NCBI GenBank assembly: GCA_965113315.1
Contig: OZ220372.1
Source: Podarcis vaucheri
Taxonomy: Eukaryota
Direction: 5' to 3' (one strand)
DNA: 64,000 bases
The notes under the pieces were generated by a model. That model had not been told where the DNA came from and made no database searches. It was given only the letters and a program-made list of their open reading frames with translations. The first letter of the stretch is position 1. Each line of letters begins with the position of its first letter. Both the position numbers and the translations under genes were made by a program. This document shows, in pieces, positions 45,429-57,726 of this stretch.

Positions 45429-48400
45429 TTGTTTTTTTTAAAGGTGGCTCCTTGGGGCAGTCATTATCACCTTATGAAATCTACAGAACACAATAAAGAA
45501 TGCAAATACATTTATATTTACACAGTGCCACACAAAATGTAAGTGGTATGGTTACACTGTATGTTACATATACAGAGACAATATTGTCATTCAGTGAAAA
45601 TGGATTGTTCAGAAGACTTTTAAGTAGACTTTCTCCACAGTGCCTAATTGGCATTACTTACAAAAACAAGAGGAAGGAAAAGTCTGAGGAACAACTTAAT
45701 TCACTAAACATATGCAATAAATTAAAATCTTACATGACAACTCAACCAGTCACCATGCAAACAGTATGTACAGTGTTTTAATTCATACTGAGAACAAAGA
45801 TTCTAAACCTAGATTTGTACGATAACTCAAGACATGAAAGGTTCCATGAGTATTTCAGGAACCTGAAAGGTTCTGCCTGAAATCTATAATCATTTTTAAT
45901 GCAGAATTAGCTTACATGTAAACATGCTATCTGCTTAGTTCTACTTTGCACATCCTTATTCTATAGTCACATCGTTTCATTTATAACCAAACCAGGCAGA
46001 CACTGACACAGTGCAATATATAACTCTTAGCATTAAATTCTTTCTAAGAAGCTAAACAGTCTTATAAAATACATTGATGATTTATATTTAGACCATAAAG
46101 TATGGATTTTAAAAATTATATATAAATATATTCAGTAGTGAAGTAGCAAGACCTAGTATAATTGAGAATTTGACAAAGTAAAAGCACCTTTGTGTTCCAT
46201 GTAGAAGACACTATACAAGGCCAAAATAATGATGGTGATGATAAGTTAAATGAGAATTCATGGTTCTTTTTGTGGGGGGAAATTGTAGCAGTTAAATCTT
46301 TTGACTCAGATCTGCATCACACATTACAGTTTTACACATACACATAAACAGGATATGAGTGCAAACACATGCATGTTTGCAGACACAAGTCTTATAAAGA
46401 TAACAAGAAGTCACAAAGTGAATACGAAAGGCAGTTCCAAGGGAGTATACTCTTAATTCACTTTGGCTCCTTGGATGTTTCTGTGAACCTCTGACTAGTA
46501 CACCCACAAAGAAGCTGAGTTTGGCTAAAACAAAGCTTTGTTATGAAGGACTCCTAAAATGTGGGACCTGACATTCTAAGAGAGATCATTGTTTTGATGT
46601 GTACAAATTTGATTAGAACCAACTAGTTTTGTGCCAGTTATGGTTACTGCAATACCACCAAACAAATTACTAATATAGTAGATTAATTGTTTGATGATGG
46701 TACGGTCATTCCTATTTTAATATTTTGGAAAAGTAACTTCCAGGTTTGTTTGTTTGTTTGTTTGAGTGAAAATCTGATTAACAAATCAGCATAGATTGTG
46801 TTTGTAAGAGGAATGATTGGCTATTGACATCATTAGAACTTTCTTCAAAATAAATATACCCTTAGGATCAGGTGTAAATTCAAGCACTCCATTAAAAATC
46901 AAGTGATTCCCATTTCAGTCAATTGAAACAAAACGATTTATATACTATTATTTTGGCTTAAGGAGGATTATCAATTTCACTGAAAGGTCTGCACACAGCA
47001 GAATTTCAAATTCTGCATTGCATCCCTTTAACAAATTGAATGTTACAACCACCTTATTCATCTGTGCCTTTCGTTAAACATGTTCTGCAGCTGCAGAAGT
47101 TGCTCATGAAAAACTGCAGAGGGTTTTTTGGGGTGGGAGGGGAATGAAGGGGGGCAACTGTGCTCAATGGTCTGCTATGGTCCTTGTGCTCGTCAAAGCC
47201 TCCTTACCAATTTCCAATAATACTTGTGGGGACTTCCACTGGCATCAGTATAACTGCCCAGCAAAATCAGTGCTACGTCAAAAGGCCTGGGAAAGTTTAA
47301 AGTAACTGAAGAGTCTATTTAAAAAAAACAACAGCCAAAGGGCAATAGGTATTTCTCCTTTTTAAGATATTAATGCTTTAAAAATGTTCTGCTCTCTCCC
47401 TCTTCAGATTGCAATGCACCTTCCCCTTAGTCAAGCCAGTATTGGCTCCCAACTTCTGCTTATAATCTGTATCTGGGCATGAATTCTATGGGATTCCCAC
47501 CTCTCACTTTTTTCCATCATCCAAGTTGTTGTCTAGAAGAAAGCTGGTAATGGATTTCTTCAGGTACCCAGCAATTGTCTTGCATGTCTATCTATACCCC
47601 TTTCCTACAGTGGCTTACCTCAGACTCAGGAGTCCTCTGTTCCTACATTTGGAACGATCACATTGGTTTCAATTAGGCATGTCCTTATTGCAATAAATTA
47701 AAACCAGGTCTGCAAGTGCTTTTTAATTTTACAATGGGACTTTAGGGTTCTGTGAACTGTGCTGGCAAGTTGTGACCTAATATTTTTAGGCAGCTACATT
47801 TAATCCCTGGACCAAGTCTGTGCAATCTCAGTTAAGTGCTGTGACATTGTACAAACCTGGCAAGATCATTATTATACACCGAGTTAATTAACAGTGATGG
47901 TTTTGTTCCTTACAAACCCTGAATGTACATCCTGCTGCTGCTGTTCAGCACTGCTAAACTCTTCTGCTTTATCATTTAGATGCTAGCTAATTACAGCAGC
48001 AATATAAATACAGCAAGCTACATCTGACACAGAAATAATGACAGTGTATTTGGATAAATGTTGAAGATTAATTTTTCTGGGCCACATAATAGATTTTTGG
48101 AATATAATTCTGTTCTGCAGTTTGGAAGGTGTTTTGGTGGCATCAAAATCTAAAATAATGTGAGCTGTTAAATGTTGGATTTATCTTAGCTATTTGGTAT
48201 GGAACTGAGATAGGACCAGGAACAGAAAATGCAGAGATGTCAGCTAGTCTAAAGAAAGTTTCAAGTAAACAAAGTCAGTTTGGACATAACATGTGCTACT
48301 CACTTGGATAGCCTTTGGAATTATCCCCATTCCTATGTAAATGGGGAAAACTCCCACTAGAGTGTGTCTTCTGTGTAGAGTCAAGCATTGCACAAGCTCC

Positions 48401-50909
48401 ATTAATTTCAACAGGTCTTACATAAGCTCCACTGAGATGAATGGTGGTTTATATCATTACTTAGAAGACTGCACCATAAATTAGTAAGAAACAGGAAACA
48501 GTATAAAGTTTGATCTTTTTTGTTTCTTCTTCAAAATAGTAAAGCTACTAACAAGTGAATCCCACATTCTGTAAAACGTAAAGTATCCCAATATTTTACA
48601 TATCATCTCAATAGGCCAGCCTGCAGTACTATACATGTAAAATAGGAGAGTGTAAACAAGATATTACTCATTTGCAGCAATGGGTGATACATTAAGAAAA
48701 AATGACTGTTGCACCTGAGGGGGGTAAAAAAGAGAAAAGGATACTAAACTAGAGTCAGAATTAAATAGTATATAAGAGAATCCTTAGTCGTTTGCAGGTA
48801 GGGAGAAACAGTTTTTAAAATTGCCTGATGCAAACAGATGTATAACAGAGAAAACTTTCTGAGTCTGGAGCATAGTGTCTAGTTCACGGTCTGGAACATC
48901 CCTATTGTCAATACTTTACAGTTCTATTCATATGAATAAAGATGGGAAAGCACGGTTGAACCAAAGGAAAAGCAAGATGTTCCACAGCTGCGTCACAAGG
49001 GCTGGTAATCAAAACAAGGGAAATCCTCCTGAACAGAAGGGAAGTAATCTCAGGACAAAGTCCCAAGAAAAATAAATGCCATTACCCAGAAGAAACGCAT
49101 GGGGCCAGAGCTGGGGAGGGTCGGGAAATTACTCAGTTGGCACATTAGCTTTAAAACAACAGCACATATGCTACTGCAAAAACTTGCTGTTGTTCAGGCA
49201 AGGTACTTTGGGAACAAATTTAGCTATGGTTAAAATACCTAAGCAAGATGCAACAACTCATGATTAAGAGGACATAGGAGATAAACTCCTACAGTGGAAT
49301 TCCACATAACGCTAAAGAGATCATTTTGTCAGGCAAGGAATGATCTTCTCTCCGCAGGCTGTTTGGGGGTTCTCACGGCTCTCCAGAGCAAATTTGAGGG
49401 AGGAGGGGAAGCCCTGTTATGCTAGTGTGACCCCTTGCACTGGCTTCCACTTGTGGAACCAGAGGTGAATTTAGGGCAGCATGGCAGCACTGGGCACTGA
49501 GCCTAGGCTACTCAGCATCACAACTATGACGTATCGAACTGAGCAGAACGGAAGTTGAGAGACGGGGGAGTTGCCAAATTTTTGCCTCGCACAGGGTGCT
49601 ACTGAAATTTGAAAGTCCGCTCGTGAATTTGAGTTGTTGAGATTTGGGGATGGGGTGGGGCAAAGTTCGCCAAAATCTACACTTCTGACATGGACTGCCA
49701 TACATCCAGATTTCCTCAGACACTTCAGTGATTTCTGCCCAGAGGGCCAAATGGCAGCTATATCCGGGAAATTCCGGGTGTATGGCAACCCTATCAGTCA
49801 CTGAACCTGGCCTTTAACGTATCTGGTAAAGAAAATAGCCAAATGTGTCCAAAGGAGGTTTGGGGAAAAGAACCTAAAAGGAACATACTATTATCCTGAA
49901 TTTTTTAGAGGATATGATGTAGATTAAGGCACCCAGTTTAGTCTCCCCCCCCCAAAAAAAATAGGGGTACTTTGGGATCTTTTGCAAAGAATTCAGTTTA
50001 TTTGGGTATTCTGTCTCATACTTGAATTGTATGAGGGGGAGTAGGGGAGCAAGCCAGTTGGCCCTATTCCATAAATTGCACTTCCAACATTGTTTCCATG
50101 TATTGGGAAGGCAAACATCTGCAGAGGGACCTCTTCTATTGGGTGAAGCTCCTTGTGGGAACCATCAACATCCCATGCAGGGAGTTTACATGTGTAAGAC
50201 CAGACTCTTCACTTGAGAAGTTCTTCCCTCTGTGGCATGGAGGTCAATGCCTCCACAGGCTCTGACATTGGAGGGGGACAGACCCAGTACACTCACCCAC
50301 ACTCTTCCTCCCTCAAATTAGAGATTTTAATGCAACAATAAGGGAATATTGGGGAATAAATAGGAAAACGGAGGACATTTTTAAATAATATATGCCTGTT
50401 GTCTCCATTGTCTTCTTGATTACTGATATAGTTAGCAATGCTGTATATATAGACAGATGTCTTAGTCTTTGTCGTCAGCAAGTTCAGTTCCACGTTTGTT
50501 TGTGTTTTTTAAAAAAAACCACAAAACAAAACATTGCACATATTGATTTTTTAAAACCATTTTTAAAGTGCAAACTTTACCAGTATTTACATCGTTGGCA
50601 AATTAGCTCCTGAAATTATGCCAAGCCTCAAGGGGGCTTTCCAAACTCTGGGCTTTTCTCAGGAGAACTGCACAGCCTTTACTAAGCCTTCACTGTTCAG
50701 CAAAATACAATTCTCGCAAGTGCTGCCACTATTGCTTTCCTAGCACTAAAACTGCTAAGTAAACACTAGCCCTGATCCTTCCATGACTGGCAGGATTCTT
50801 ACTATAGCAGGCTGGCAACAGCACAGTGCTAGTCTTCTACACAATTACATTCATAGGCAGATGCCTGCATCTGGAAGTGCCCTTGGAGCACAGTTTCTCC
50901 TGTGTGAGG

Positions 50910-51498
50910 TAGAGATGAGGGAGAAATCTGGTTTGGTTCACATCTTAATGGACTCATCCATGCCGTTGTTTAATGTCAATAGTAACCTACCTGTACCTCC
51001 ATTAATTCTCCATTGTCCACATGGCATTCTCTTCCAAGTCACAGTCTATCCTCCTCCAGATTTTCTCACACCCTCTCCTTTTGGAGCATCCCTGGTATGA
51101 AAGAATCCAAACTGAGGGAGGTCAGTGATTTGGAGGAGAACATCATATGGACAATGGAAAATTAATGAAAGTACAGGAAAACTTACTGTTGCCATTAAAC
51201 TACAGTATGGAAGAGCCCAATGTGAATATACCTTATTCACACTTCCTGAAACAATGTACGTGAATTTAAATACAGGTAGCTTTCAAAATTCACAGTTCTG
51301 TTAATTTTCATGACGCAGTTCTCCAACCCAAAGATGTGCACAAAAATGCATATATTAGGGGGAAATGTGCATTATGGTAAAATGCATAACCAAAACATAA
51401 AATAGCAAATGGATGCAGAAATGTAGTAAGCTAAACTTAAAATTATAAAAATGTGAAACTCATGAGAAACTGAAACTTAACAGTTTCATCATTCTCTA
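50910..51498. mobile_element. Old hAT-like element containing a nested palindrome (50957-51211)
   Basis: tagagatg ... cattctcta ends; flanks gtgtgagg / gtgtgaac. Confidence 0.55.
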
Positions 51499-52838
51499 GT
51501 GTGAACCCCATTAAAATTAATGGGACATGTGCAACAGGGAAATTCATTAGAATTCAAGCAAATTACTGTTACAACATTCTTCTGCAACCATTGCTGATAA
51601 TTAAATTGGCAGATGCCTTTTCATTGTTTTTTAAACAAAACAAAAAAGCACCACTAATGTATTTCTCACCTTTTCACTTCCTAATCATATTTATTCACAT
51701 ATCTTATACAAGTATTTTCATACATGAAGTTTTATTTCAATACAAACTTCACAGTGATTGCGGTATTATTTTAGGCTAAAGACATTGATTTGAGAATACT
51801 GCCCTGCTATAGCTAGATGTTGGGAGAGCATCACAAATTATCACCAGAGAAATACATCAGACAATATATTTTAGTGGTTAAAAGTAAAAAAACAACAACC
51901 AAGGACAGGAAAAATGAAAACAAAAGCCGAAAAGATTATACTGTTTGGACTGCATGCTATTGTTCTTATTTGCTCATGGCAACATCAGTCACTAGACAGC
52001 TGCAGGTTTCTAAAGGGATGTGATGAGCGACTCCTATCACTGCATTTCAGCCAGAAAGTAGTTCCCATTAGACAACATAGATTTATCAAAAAGAGATAAA
52101 TACCCATGTCTGGACCATATGATTGGCAGATCCTCATTTATTCAACAGTTGGGACACTATGTATATATATTTAAGATCATGAAACAGAAGTGGAATGGAA
52201 TATAATATTTAATATAAACTAAACTGTAAGGCAAAAACAATTTTGGGGCACGGTTTAAGTAAGAATCCTCTTTGACTATTGGGCCAATGTCAGCAGCAGG
52301 CAAGAGAGATAAGAAACTCCATCACAGTTTCTACCTTATAAATATCTGTCTTCAGGAGATGCCGAAAATGTGACCAGCACTTCTCCAAGGTGTGTAATTC
52401 TCAGCTTACGTTTGCATATGCTTCATAAGGGAACAGTAGCTACTATGTAAAGTGGAATGATGCAGGTGACTGCTCATGAATATGCAACCTCCCAACTAGG
52501 ATTGCTGTTTCTTATTTATACTATACTTCTCCTAAACCCCAGTCTAGTTAAGATCATGTATTCAAGACTGTTCAGGATTTCTGCAGCGTAGAAAAAGCAG
52601 ATTAGATTAAGGCAGAAAGATTTACACAAGTAATTAGTCTATAACAGATTCACCTCATTTCATAAAAGGTGACTGATGAGGTGAAATACACTGCCAGGAG
52701 TTATCACCATCACATTTTAATACCCAATAGAAAAGTCTTCATTTAGTCTGCACAGGTAAACTGCAAAATTAAAGATTTGGTAGTTTGTTTAGAAGTATTT
52801 CTTCTTTTAAAAACAAAAATGCTGTGGGCATTGTGGAT

Positions 52839-53141
52839 TCATCTTGGTATGATCATCTTTTCTATGGCACAGACAATGTGATCCCAGTTTTTGCATAAAA
52901 TTGCAAGAAGAGTTACTGCGAAGAAGGTGCAAATGATATGGAAACGGCTTCTCATCATAGGAGCTATAAACTTGGCTATGGTGGAGACGCACACTAGGAT
53001 TACGGTCATGAAGGCCAAGACTACGTTTATGCATTTCCCCAGCAAGACTTTGGCATTAACGGTTTCTGACTGCAGGGCTTGCTGTTCTTGCTGATGAATC
53101 TCCAGCTTAGAGACCCGTGTTTGGCAAGATTCCAAAGCTTC
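52839..53141 (-). CDS. TMCC3: TMCC3 last coding exon ([14 protein letters not shown]...KMIIPR*)
   Basis: gacag|GAA; TGA at 52839-52841. Confidence 0.96.
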   Translation of the reverse strand, partial: EALESCQTRVSKLEIHQQEQQALQSETVNAKVLLGKCINVVLAFMTVILVCVSTIAKFIAPMMRSRFHIICTFFAVTLLAILCKNWDHIVCAIEKMIIPR

Positions 53142-55961
53142 CTGTCAGTATAAAATAGGAAGGGGAAGGGGGGGAAGAAAAGTTAAGGAACCATCACTTT
53201 CATACGTAAAATACATTTTCATTCTATCTGGTCGGTTAAGGACATTACCCCCATCTGTGCAGAAATCAATTAGCAAAACAATTTACCACTCTTTGATTGC
53301 GAACTCTACAATTCTATAATTCTATGCATCTCAAGGTTGAAAATGTATTAACACAAAAACATTAGAAGAGGCAGCTGGATTAGGCCAATGGCCCATCTTG
53401 TCCAGCCTCCTGTTCTCACGGTGGACAACCAGATTTGAACACAAGAGCACTCTTCCCCTGCCTGTCTCCAGCCATACATAAATGCACAGTACACAGAACC
53501 ACAGAATTATAGATGTCTTTTTTCCTCCTTGAAGGAGAACTGTGCAACGGCCAGTGTTCATGTGCAGTCTCATATCCTATGATTACACGGACTGATTAAA
53601 AGCTTGGTGAACAATTCTTTCAATTACAGATAGGTAGCCGTGTTGGTCTGCCATAGTCAAAATAAAAAAATTCCTTCCAGTAGCACCTTAAAGACCAACT
53701 AAGTTAATTCTTGGTATGAGCTTTCGTGTGCATGCACACCTCTTCAGATACACTGAAACAGAAGTTGCCAGACCCTTCTATATAGTGAGAAGGTGGGGAG
53801 GGGTATTACTCAGAAGGATGGTGGCCCTTTCAATAGCACTTTTCTATACTTATTTTGTTCATTCCCACAACAGCCTAGTGAGGGAGGTTATAATTTTTCC
53901 CATGGAGAACTGCAGTTGTTCCTATCTTGCAAGAGCAATGTCATTTCCACACTATAGTTCCATCAGAGATAAATGTGAAAAATTAGTGGTTAGATGTGAA
54001 AGCTCTGGCTATGAGTTTATGGCTGCAATCCTAAACGTGAAAGGGAATAAGCTTTATTGAATGCAGTGGGGACTTAGTCATCTGAATAAAGCTGCATTGG
54101 ATTCACAGTATTTCTTTGAGAGGGAGATGCAAAAGTTCTTTTTAAAGACATAAAGAATAGGAAGCATGAGTGACTTCCTTCTCCATCTCCAAAGTCCCAA
54201 ATCTAGTCTTAAATTGGAACTCAGATCTTTCAGTCTAAAAAATCCTGTGCTTTCATCACTGGACCACAGTGGCTAATTCTTTGGAAACAAAAAAATAATC
54301 TGTTACTTAATTTCAAAAGTTGGTACCTGAACATCTCGTGACCGTTCATAGGCCTGATATGCCACCTTTTCTTCAATACTAGCAAGTTCTTGCTTCAAGT
54401 TGGCTGTCTCGTGCTGGTGGAGGTCTGTTAGATCATTCAGCTGGTCTTCTAATCGCTCATACCTTAAAAAAAAACAACAAAATTTACTTGGCTTTTATGT
54501 GAAATCTAATGAAAGTGCTTCCCTCCTTATTTGTAGGTTGCATCATCACCATTTTTTATCAGGGTAACTTTTTGTTTCCCTGCGCTGAAACCCTACTGGC
54601 ATTAGAAAAGTATACTACCTTGAATACAAGCTGAACATTGTAAACCTTTTAAAAAGTAATTTTATATTATTATTATTATTATTATTATTACTACTACTAC
54701 TACTACTACTGCCATTCTCACTAAATTGTAAGTTTTTGCATGTGATTATAGAAACTAACATGACAAGAGTTTTTTTACCCCATGACTGCTCACCTGATAA
54801 GCCTGCTGAGAATTCTGAGAATACACTTCACACATTACTCTAACAGCAAATGTGGTACCTCTTCACGTGCATATATGATGGGGAAGTGTTAACATGTGCC
54901 TATGTAGTACATGCAGCTGATCATTGTCATGGGTGGAGTTCAAGGGTACTTAGTTCATTCTTCTCTTTGTTGCATTGCTTTGACACCACCTCATTCTCAT
55001 CTACCTGTGAAAATCAATTTCAACTGGCCAACATAATAACGTACCTGTACCTTTCCTCCTGCAGCGTTTGAGAAATAAAGCCATACTCTCTTTTGAATTG
55101 TACTTTTAAATTCTCAATGTCATCTGCCAACTGGGATTGTGCTTCCTTTATTTCCCGCAGTCCCTCAAAGAGAATTGATAGTTTCCCATAGCTTTCCAGA
55201 GCATTTGTTCCACCATGGCCAAAGGACTGGTTTCCATTGCTGTCCGCAGAGCCAGATGTTGCACTTGAGCACTCATCATCACTGGTGTATTTTGGCTTGG
55301 CCACTATAGTAGCACTTCCGCCGTAGGCCCTGGAAGTAGTTTCTGGCCTAAAATCATCCAGGCTGCTCTTTAAGTGAGCAATATTGTCAGCACTTCCAAA
55401 TTTATTCCGGATCAGGTTTGCAAACTCTCTGGACTTGCTGAAAACAAACACTGGTGGTGTCAAGGAGACTCCTGGAACACCTGTTTTGCTGCTCTCGTTG
55501 CTCTGGCCAGTAGTACGAGATTTCCCATGGGCATCTTTCAGGGAATGTTGGATTTCCTTCAGGCTGTCTTTGGAAGTATCCTTGGTACTTTTGGAGGAAC
55601 CATTTTGTTCTATCTCTTTGAGCTTTCTGTGATATTGTTCCAATTTCTTCTGCAACTGGGCTATGGAATGGGCAGACTTTTGATTCTTCTTTTCAAATAC
55701 TTGTTTAATTCGACCCGCTTGTTGTTTGTCCGCACTGTTCACGAGCTTCAAATACTCTGCCACATTCCCATCCCGAGCTGTTTGTTCTATTTTTATCTGC
55801 TCCGTAACTTTCAGAATCTTTTGCTTCAAACTGTCTGCACTGAGTTTTACTTTGTGAAACTCAAACACACCATCAGGTACATCAAAGTTGAGGTTGGTGT
55901 CCGAACCTCCCCGGCGAATATTAAGAGGCAGGCTGAGGGTATTCATATCATGTCTTTCCAC
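52839..55961 (-). CDS. TMCC3: Transmembrane and coiled-coil domain family 3, last three coding exons (first exon outside window). complement(join(52839..53141,54327..54462,55045..55961))
   Basis: [86 protein letters not shown]-terminal pair of hydrophobic TM segments; 1356 nt in frame. Confidence 0.97.
53360..53470 (-). mobile_element. CR1-like LINE 3' fragment
   Basis: agaagag..ctggattaggccaatggcccatc..gtccagc..cctgttctcac motif typical of reptile CR1 ends. Confidence 0.55.
53626..53825. mobile_element. Penelope-like element terminal fragment
   Basis: gtagccgtgttggtctg...gcaccttaaagaccaac...gagctttcgtg...cttcagatac, the typical reptile PLE end; older copy at ~15020-15110. Confidence 0.7.
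54327..54462 (-). CDS. TMCC3: TMCC3 penultimate exon ([10 protein letters not shown]...RSRDVQ)
   Basis: tttaag| ... CAG|gtacca, 136 nt. Confidence 0.96.
54665..54710. repeat. Compound (ATT)n(ACT)n microsatellite
   Basis: Read directly from sequence. Confidence 0.9.
55045..55961 (-). CDS. TMCC3: TMCC3 large internal exon (917 nt)
   Basis: ttacag|GTG ... AG|gtacgt. Confidence 0.96.
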
Positions 55962-56949
55962 CTGTAAGAGATTAAAATTCAACCTTAGTTTTCTATGAAA
56001 TAATTCATAAATAATTCTAAGAAGAAATTAATATAAGATCACAAAGCACGACGTTATTTGTGATGTGGGAACATTGCAATGCAGGAACTTGGGCCAATGG
56101 GGAAATAAGTGTTCTGCTCATTCAGCCATGCAGAACACTAGTATAAACATCCAGTTAGCACCACACAATCCCCTAAAATAGTAAATACTAGGAATCTAAT
56201 GCTGTAGTCCTATACACACTTGCCTGGGAGTAAGCACAACTGAATATAACTTAATTCCTTCTGAGTAGACTATGCTGCTCAGACCAAAACAGTGCCATAT
56301 TACTCAAAACTGGCATCAAATGATAAAGTTAATACCATACTTAGCACAAAATGTCTTCCAGATTAAAAAAATCCATAAGGTTTTTTGTTTGATACACAAA
56401 TAAATTATCCTCCATTTTCCTAACTACACTCTCTATATTAATTTTGCTGAGCAACTGTTCCTGGTTTTCAGACCAAGCAAATACTTCAGTTCTTTTTATC
56501 AACTTAGTAACCAATGCGACACATTGCTTTCTTATTTGACCTCTTATTCTGTAGCTCAACTGGTACCCCTAGCAATTTGATCCAATAGTACATTATTTCC
56601 CTTCCCTGCAAATGAGCAGAGCTAGTTTCTCACAGCTCATGAATATTATGTACATCTGACAAACATCGGTACATAGTAAGTATGCTTCTTGAGACAGCAC
56701 ACATGCTATACCTTTAAAGCACACTTTAAGAACATTCTCTCAATCAAAGAAAGTTGGACACTGCAATTCACCCCTCATTGAGTTACAATTCTCAGCAATG
56801 ACAGTGCCTAAAATTCTTTGAGGAAAGAATAATGTGCTTTGAATGTGATTTATAGTGTTTACACAGCCTGAGTGCAAGTAATATAGTACCTTCAATTGTA
56901 CCCTAAGTCTGAAAAGCTATCCAGTCATGAAGTGGAAAAGTGCTAAGAT

Positions 56950-57018
56950 GATTCCTGCTTGGCAGGGGGTTGGACTCGATGGCCCTTGTGGTCTCTTCCA
57001 ACTCTATGATTCTATGAT
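56950..57018 (+). mobile_element. CR1-type 3' end (truncated LINE or SINE tail)
   Basis: gggttggactcgatggcccttgtggtctcttccaactctatgattctatga. Confidence 0.75.
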
Positions 57019-57480
57019 AAGAGAACCTGGTTTGAAGTGCAATGTACAAGGCAGCAGTACAGTATCTTAAGTTATAACCGACTGGATACTTTGCACATTG
57101 GACCTGATAAGTATAGTCACACAGTGCAATAAAGGAGGTAATCATCATTATTATTCTTATCCTGATTCTTAATTGCAGCAAAACATAATTTTAATAGTTC
57201 AAGACTGCCTAGAAAAAACAACAACAAATCCCATAGAAATGAAAATGTTCCCTTATACAACACTTCTTATGTAGTGTTTGTGCACATACACGACAAGGCT
57301 GTGGTCAACATTATTCTAACTAGGATGTAATATGTAGTGCAGATGAGATGTAACATGCTCATCACAAAAGACATGTGCACCAATCAGCCTTAGCATTCAA
57401 ATTATGGTAGGTGTTTTTAATTAAACATGAATGAATTTTTACCACACATAATAGCCAGACTAAATCGGAAGTCTCTGCTG

Positions 57481-57726
57481 ATGGAGAAGAGTTTGGATTT
57501 GATACCCCGCTTTATCACTACCCTAAGGAGTCTCAAAGCGGCCAACAATCTCCTTTCCCTTCCTCCCCCACAACAACCACTCTGTGAGGTGAGAGGGGCT
57601 GAGAGACTTCAGAGAAGCGTGACTGGCCCAAGGTCACCCAGAGGCTGCATGTGGAGGAGCGGAGACGCGAACCCGGTTCATCAGATTATGAGTCCACTGC
57701 TCTTAACCACTACACCACACTGGCTC
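57481..57726 (-). mobile_element. Squam3-type CORE SINE, near full length
   Basis: - strand tRNA head gagccagtgtggtgtagtggttaagagc, core gggtgaccttgggccagtcac, (CTT/CT) tail. Confidence 0.85.

Noticed and set aside
55374-55967. 197-aa + strand ORF
   Set aside because: Antisense shadow of the large TMCC3 exon
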